32,000 nucleotides of DNA from Promethearchaeum syntrophicum (lineage in GTDB: Archaea; Asgardarchaeota; Lokiarchaeia; Sigyniarchaeales; Promethearchaeaceae): positions 3,510,001 through 3,542,000 of the forward strand of contig NZ_CP042905.2 of NCBI RefSeq assembly GCF_008000775.2. Direction: 5' to 3'. Of the stretch, positions 26,759-32,000 are shown piece by piece. The first letter of the stretch is position 1. Each line of letters opens with the position of its first letter. A program made the translations under genes and the position numbers. The notes below the pieces were generated by a model. It searched no databases. It worked only from the letters and a program-made list of their open reading frames with translations, and was not told the DNA's origin.

Positions 26759-27325
26759 ATGCAAATTATTACCGAAAACCAATACGAGCAAACGCAAAAG
26801 GAATTTAATCATCTTATTGACATAGGTATCCCACCAGCAAACATGTTAGAAAACAAAATATCATTTACTGTTCGGGATGGTATCGAACATGTAGGTTTTC
26901 TAATGTTAGGAGATTTACTTGTTTTTAAACACGAAACCTCAGTTTTAGAAGCACATCCGTTTCCTGAATGGGTTATACAACTCCACCAAATTGCTAAAAA
27001 AAGTGGAAAAGTATTTGTAATTTTGCCAAAATTTTCGATTAAGCAAATGAAACGTTTAAATAGGAATTCGGTAGATCTTAGAATTGAAAAAACTAAAGAA
27101 ATGCTAGAAAAATTAAATGTGGAAGATTTTATTGCAATTGAATATATTGAGGGAATTAGTATAAAAATTAATGCAAATGTTCCACATGAATTCATAAGTA
27201 TTGTGGGTGAGGGTGAAGTGGTTCCTTATTGCCAAGTTTTCGAACCAGATTTCTCCCATATTTCAGAAACGTTAAAAATTAACTCTACATCATTTTTCGA
27301 TCTGAAAGATAACTTAAAGCTTTGA
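26759..27325 (+). CDS. Hypothetical protein, first gene of a PIG-L/ligase operon-like run
   Basis: 188 aa intact ORF, 6 bp upstream of a PIG-L gene. No family recognised. Confidence 0.6.
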   Translation: MQIITENQYEQTQKEFNHLIDIGIPPANMLENKISFTVRDGIEHVGFLMLGDLLVFKHETSVLEAHPFPEWVIQLHQIAKKSGKVFVILPKFSIKQMKRLNRNSVDLRIEKTKEMLEKLNVEDFIAIEYIEGISIKINANVPHEFISIVGEGEVVPYCQVFEPDFSHISETLKINSTSFFDLKDNLKL

Positions 27326-27331
27326 TGAAAA

Positions 27332-28141
27332 ATGAAGTATTTATTTGTATGTGCTCATCCAGATGATCTGGAGTTTAGCTGTGGGAATCTTTTATATTAT
27401 CTTACACAACACGGCAAGGAAGTCGCAATTTTGTCTTTATCTCGTGGAGAATTTGGCATATTTGAACCCATTTGGAAAGGTCCACGTTTAGCAAAAATAA
27501 GATCTCAGGAACTTAAAAGAGCTTCCAAAATTAACGGCATAGAGAAAAAACATGTACATTTTGGTGGAATAATTGATGGTTTTATTCGGTTCACAAAAGA
27601 AAATGTCAATTTGGTTATTACTTGGATAAATAAATTGAATCCCGATATTATTTTCGCCCCCGAACCATATTTTACTTATTATTGGCACGAAGATCATATT
27701 TCAACGGGAAAAATTTTATATTACATTTCAACTAAACTCCAAAATCGATTAAATAATAAAATTCGTTCCCTATATTACTATACTACAGCCAAAGGCAATT
27801 TTTCATGGCCTTTTAACAGTGCAGAACATAGTTTTAAAGCACTTTATGAACATAAGAGCCAAATGTGGCTACTTAAATGGGCGAAGTTATTTTATCCCTT
27901 AGAAAAACATAATTTTAAGAAACAAAAATTAGGTAATTGGAAAATGGTAGAAATATATAGAAGAGTTTCATTTTATGGTAAACAACCAAAAGCTAATACA
28001 ATTGTTCGGGGAATTCTTGGTCTTATCAGTCAACTCAACATTATTAATCCTCCTGATTCTCATTTTATTCTTCCTGATATGAAAACTGAGTTTGGTCAAA
28101 AAGTTAAGAAATTACGCGCGAGATACAAATTTAAAGATTAA
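27332..28141 (+). CDS. PIG-L/LmbE family deacetylase (copy 1)
   Basis: 269 aa: FVCAHPDDLEFSCGNLLYYLTQHGKEVAILSLSRGEFG and YWHEDHISTGKI metal-binding motifs. Confidence 0.9.
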   Translation: MKYLFVCAHPDDLEFSCGNLLYYLTQHGKEVAILSLSRGEFGIFEPIWKGPRLAKIRSQELKRASKINGIEKKHVHFGGIIDGFIRFTKENVNLVITWINKLNPDIIFAPEPYFTYYWHEDHISTGKILYYISTKLQNRLNNKIRSLYYYTTAKGNFSWPFNSAEHSFKALYEHKSQMWLLKWAKLFYPLEKHNFKKQKLGNWKMVEIYRRVSFYGKQPKANTIVRGILGLISQLNIINPPDSHFILPDMKTEFGQKVKKLRARYKFKD

Positions 28142-28197
28142 ATAAAATGATCTTTGATAGTCATAATTTTTTTTAAGCTCACCACAGACAGATAAAT

Positions 28198-29130
28198 ATG
28201 GATGAAAAGAAATTTGAAAATAATTTATGGCCACTAAAATCACCTTGGATATATCCACGAGATAATCAATCAAAGAAATTCCTTAAGGTTATGGTGATTT
28301 GTGCTCATCCAGATGATGCAGATCTTTTAGCAGGAGGTTTAGCCTTAAAATTAACTACTCTTGGTCATAAAATAAAATTCGTTTCAGTTACAAATGGTAA
28401 TATCGGTCATTATAAGATAAATCCAATAGAACTTGCCGCCATTCGTCAAAAAGAAGCAAAAGCTTCAGCTCAAGCACTAGGTGCAGAATATGAATCCCTA
28501 AATATTAATGATGGTCAAGTATATGTAAATCGGGAACAGACTGAAAAAGTAGTAAATATAATTCGAAAATATGATCCTGATCTTGTAATTACACACAGAC
28601 CGACAGATTACCACCGAGATCATAGATATACAGGACAATTGGTTATGGACGCAAGTTACATGTTAATTGTTCCACATTATTGCCCCGAAACTCCTGTTCC
28701 CGCATCAAGAAAAATGCCCGTAATTTGTTATGCATACGATGATTTTCAAAGACCATATGCGTTTGTTCCTAATGTTTTATTGGATGTTTCGGATGTCTAT
28801 AAGCAAAAATCAGCAGCATTAATAAATCACGAATCACAAATGATGGATTGGCTTCCATGGACGATGAATCAAGAAGATATGATTCCGGAAGATTATGACA
28901 TACAAAATCGGCTTGAAGTTTTAGAAATGATGATTATTGCTGTCTTTTCGCGAATATTAACAGATTTTCGTAAATTATGGAGAAAAGGTTATCCAGATAG
29001 AAAAGTAACAAAAGCGGAAGCTTTTGAAATATGTGAATATGGTAGACAGCCCAGTGTGCAAGAATTGAAAGATTTGTTTCCGGGAGCATATATTCCTCGT
29101 AAAAAGGATTTGAAGGAGATGCTAAAATAA
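28198..29130 (+). CDS. PIG-L/LmbE family deacetylase (copy 2)
   Basis: 310 aa: VICAHPDDADLLAGGLALKLTTLGHKIKFVSVTNGNIGH and DYHRDHRYTGQLVMDA. Confidence 0.92.
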   Translation: MDEKKFENNLWPLKSPWIYPRDNQSKKFLKVMVICAHPDDADLLAGGLALKLTTLGHKIKFVSVTNGNIGHYKINPIELAAIRQKEAKASAQALGAEYESLNINDGQVYVNREQTEKVVNIIRKYDPDLVITHRPTDYHRDHRYTGQLVMDASYMLIVPHYCPETPVPASRKMPVICYAYDDFQRPYAFVPNVLLDVSDVYKQKSAALINHESQMMDWLPWTMNQEDMIPEDYDIQNRLEVLEMMIIAVFSRILTDFRKLWRKGYPDRKVTKAEAFEICEYGRQPSVQELKDLFPGAYIPRKKDLKEMLK

Positions 29131-29132
29131 CT

Positions 29133-30890
29133 ATGGTTATTAAACCAGAATATAAAAATGGCGTTCCTATGGTAACTTGGAAGATGTATGAAGAAGATTA
29201 TTCTGATCGACATCTTGTTCATGAGGTTATTGAAAAATGGGCTAAAGAAAAACCAAACGAAATTGCTTTTTATGCTGTTGAAACAAATCAAGAATATACA
29301 TGGAAAGAATTTGATGAGAACGCTACATGTATTTCATTAAAACTAATTTCAATGGGGATTAAAAAAGGAGATTTCATTGCGACCTCATTACCCTTCTTAC
29401 CAGAACATATATTTCTCCAATATGCTTGTTTTAAAATTGGTGCTATTCATGTTCCACTAGATATTAGATTAAAACCAACTGAAGTCATACGTTGTTTAAC
29501 ATTAGTGAAAGCTAAGATATATTTCCATCTAGGAAAGACAGATTTCGCGGATTTTGCTGCATTGGCTGAAATTGTAAGAGATAATTTGGATTTTATCAAA
29601 TATTTTATACAGTTTAGCAAACCAGAGGAATTAATAGAGGAAATCGGAACAGCTAAAATAATTTCCGCATGGGAATTTGCCAAAGATGCACAAAATCTAG
29701 CACTTCAAATTAAAAATGGCGAACATAAGATATTATTAGAAGAATTCGAGAAACTGCATAAAAATATTCAAGAAACTGATGGATGTCAAGTAATTTACAC
29801 AACTGGATCTACTGGATATCCAAAACCCGCACTTTTATCTCATCAAGGAATCACAGTTCAAAATTTGTGTTTAACCCTTGGATTTAACATGGATGAAAAC
29901 GACATTATGCTTTGCAATCTCCCCCCTAGTCACGTGGGCGGGCAAGCGGAGCAATTAATGTCTCCATTTTTTATCGGAGGGAAAGTAGTAGTTATGGAAA
30001 TATTCAAACCAGATCTTTCTCTTGAGTCTATTCAAAAATATCATGTGACAATTATTGGACAAATTCCTGCCCTCTTCAATTTGGAATGGAGATTACCCAA
30101 TTACAATACATATAACCTATCTTCGTTAAAATTCGCCTTATATGGTGGACAATCAGTAGGAAAACCTTTCCTGGAAAAGATGAAATTGATGGCACCGAAA
30201 TTCGGTTCTGGGATGGGATTATCAGAACTTTCCGGATTCTGCACATACACCCCACTCGACGGAACTGTTGAAGATATTCTAAAGGGTATCGGATATGCAA
30301 TGCCGATTACACCAATCTCTATTAGAGAACCCATGAAAGAGGATTTTACTGCGGGTAATGAAAAACTCAAAGGTGAAATCGGGGAAATTTGCTTCTCGGG
30401 TCCACAATTATTTTTAGGATACGTATCAGATGAAGAAAATTCTAGTAATACCACTAGTAAGGATGGTTGGTGTTATACTGGTGATTTGGGTTCATATGAT
30501 GATGAAGGTTTACATTTTGCTGGGCGATCTAAGCTCATGATAAAACCAAAAGGATATAATGTATATCCTCCTGAAGTGGAGAACTTTCTAATGAATGAGC
30601 TCAAAGATAAAGTTGAGAATATTGGGGTAGTTGGGTATGAACATGAAGTATTTAGTGAAGGAATTGTAGCATTTTTAGAAAAGAAAAAAGGTGAAAATTT
30701 AACTGAAAATGAAGTTAATAAAGCCGCTAAAGGACTAGCAGCCTATAAAAGACCATCTTTAATAGTTATTTTGGAATATAATGATCTACCATTAAATCGG
30801 CTTGAAAAAACGGACTATATATCTCTTAAGAATATGGCTGCACAAAAAATCAAAGAATTAAGGAAAAATGGGGGTTGGGATAAAAAATAA
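29133..30890 (+). CDS. AMP-forming acyl-CoA synthetase / acyl-AMP ligase (paralog B)
   Basis: 585 aa: YTTGSTGYPKPALLSHQGITVQN, MGLSELSGF, YTGDLGSYDDEGLHFAGRSKLMIKPKGYNVYPPEVENFL, PLNRLEKTDY. It is collinear with paralog A and starts 2 bp after the PIG-L copy 2 stop. Confidence 0.88.
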   Translation: MVIKPEYKNGVPMVTWKMYEEDYSDRHLVHEVIEKWAKEKPNEIAFYAVETNQEYTWKEFDENATCISLKLISMGIKKGDFIATSLPFLPEHIFLQYACFKIGAIHVPLDIRLKPTEVIRCLTLVKAKIYFHLGKTDFADFAALAEIVRDNLDFIKYFIQFSKPEELIEEIGTAKIISAWEFAKDAQNLALQIKNGEHKILLEEFEKLHKNIQETDGCQVIYTTGSTGYPKPALLSHQGITVQNLCLTLGFNMDENDIMLCNLPPSHVGGQAEQLMSPFFIGGKVVVMEIFKPDLSLESIQKYHVTIIGQIPALFNLEWRLPNYNTYNLSSLKFALYGGQSVGKPFLEKMKLMAPKFGSGMGLSELSGFCTYTPLDGTVEDILKGIGYAMPITPISIREPMKEDFTAGNEKLKGEIGEICFSGPQLFLGYVSDEENSSNTTSKDGWCYTGDLGSYDDEGLHFAGRSKLMIKPKGYNVYPPEVENFLMNELKDKVENIGVVGYEHEVFSEGIVAFLEKKKGENLTENEVNKAAKGLAAYKRPSLIVILEYNDLPLNRLEKTDYISLKNMAAQKIKELRKNGGWDKK

Positions 30891-30919
30891 TGATATTTCA
30901 AGATAATTTATAAAAACCA

Positions 30920-31414
30920 TTATAAAATTGATTTAAATCTATCTTCGGTTTTTAAAGCAAGTTCTTGGAAAATAATTTTTAATCTCTTGTTAAATTTTTT
31001 AAATTTGCTTGCATCTTTAGTGGTAATATCATATACACTGAATCTGTTTAAAAATTGTATAATCGCATCATCCATACACATGTTTACCTGTTTTTGATTA
31101 GTATCTTTTTCTACAATGCAATAAATAACTAACGGGGGATTTTTTTGCGGTTCGATAAGTTGTAAATGATCTTTTTGCTCGTTTTCCTCATCTGTCGCTT
31201 TTAAGATTTTTAAATCTTTCAATTTAATTAGAATTTTATGCTCACCAATGGAAAAATTTTGAATTTTATCATCAAAAGCAGATTTTGCTAGGGCAATAAC
31301 AGCTTCGGTCAAAACATTACGATCTTTTTGATTTAGAACATCCTCAGATGAATAAAAATATGTTTCGCTTAGACTAATTCCTTTGAATAATATTGCGGTT
31401 TCCAGTATTGTCAA
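30920..31414 (-). CDS. Hypothetical protein, possibly longin-like fold
   Basis: 164 aa with alternating strand/helix pattern: ETAILFKGISLSETYFY / RNVLTEAVIALAKSAF / IGEHKILIKLKD / PLVIYCIVEKDTNQKQVNMCMDDAIIQFLNRF / KFNKRLKIIFQEL. No sequence-level family certainty. Confidence 0.55.
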   Translation of the reverse strand: MTILETAILFKGISLSETYFYSSEDVLNQKDRNVLTEAVIALAKSAFDDKIQNFSIGEHKILIKLKDLKILKATDEENEQKDHLQLIEPQKNPPLVIYCIVEKDTNQKQVNMCMDDAIIQFLNRFSVYDITTKDASKFKKFNKRLKIIFQELALKTEDRFKSIL

Positions 31415-31543
31415 GTCTTACACTCCAAGTATAATGTTAATTTAGTTGTTGAATTTTTTATATTTAATATTTTAGAATATTTCTAACAATAAGATGTATT
31501 AAATCTTAACGTTATTAGAAATGAAATTGAAAAAAAAGTTTAT

Positions 31544-31999
31544 TCATAATATCATTTTAAACCTTTCAACAAGAATTTTTCCTTCAATTTTTTCGTCTGT
31601 CATTATTTCTACACGTGGATTCCATTCCAATTTTTGTATTTGACAATCATTTTGAAATATCTTAAAAATCCAATGGTAATGGTGCAAAAATTCGAAATAT
31701 TCCTGCATTTCAATATTTTGCCATTTGGAAAAATTTGCAACCCGAATTCTTCTGTCCTTTTCCTTTAAATCATAAACACAAGTTGGAACAAACCCACTAC
31801 TAGTAATAACCTTCATAATTGCAAGATTTCCAACCATGGATTCAAAATCTTTAAATTGTGAAATTTGAAGTGTAATGTTAACGGATTTCATTCGATTGGG
31901 GTTTACATCATTTAAAAAATCTAAATTATTAATCGATTCAATTGCAATTGCTAAATTTCTTGAATCAGGGGCACTATAATTCGAATATAAAAATTTCTT
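31544..31999 (-). CDS. Hypothetical protein, probably 5'-truncated by the window edge
   Basis: The 115 aa track ORF (start 31891) remains open upstream to the edge, adding KKFLYSNYSAPDSRNLAIAIESINNLDFLNDVNPNR in frame with no stop. Confidence 0.5.
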   Translation of the reverse strand, partial: KKFLYSNYSAPDSRNLAIAIESINNLDFLNDVNPNRMKSVNITLQISQFKDFESMVGNLAIMKVITSSGFVPTCVYDLKEKDRRIRVANFSKWQNIEMQEYFEFLHHYHWIFKIFQNDCQIQKLEWNPRVEIMTDEKIEGKILVERFKMIL

Positions 32000-32000
32000 T

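Noticed and set aside
1-32000. Phage defence, toxin-antitoxin, transposase, integrase or retron elements
   Set aside because: No ORF shows transposase, recombinase, nuclease or reverse transcriptase motifs, and no terminal inverted repeats were seen. No tRNA-like cloverleaf was recognised by eye, though a tRNAscan-SE run would be needed to exclude intron-containing tRNAs.

Overview
This is an AT-rich, gene-dense archaeal-looking window. The lineage is probably Asgard-like. That inference rests on a Roadblock/LC7 protein, an EMC3/Oxa1-like (DUF106) protein, a possible longin-like protein and zinc-ribbon-tailed proteins; it is not proven here. I support about 28 complete protein genes and two edge-truncated ones. 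The left edge (2..127) carries the C-terminus of an isoprenylcysteine methyltransferase-like protein that the ORF track misses. The right-edge ORF stays open to the window end. I found no tRNA, rRNA, CRISPR array or mobile element. The content is strongly membrane- and lipid/glycan-oriented: two PAP2 phosphatases, a DUF1624/acyltransferase-like multi-pass protein, a neutral-ceramidase-fold protein next to a patatin-like lipase, two paralogous AMP-forming acyl ligases around two PIG-L/LmbE deacetylases, an MFS carrier, and an operon-like block with EMC3-like, large multi-pass and secreted toroid-like proteins. The best candidates for an undescribed system are the ligase/PAP2/PIG-L/PIG-L/ligase region (24053..30890) and the minus-strand membrane block (12434..20711). 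Their functions are inferred, not demonstrated.
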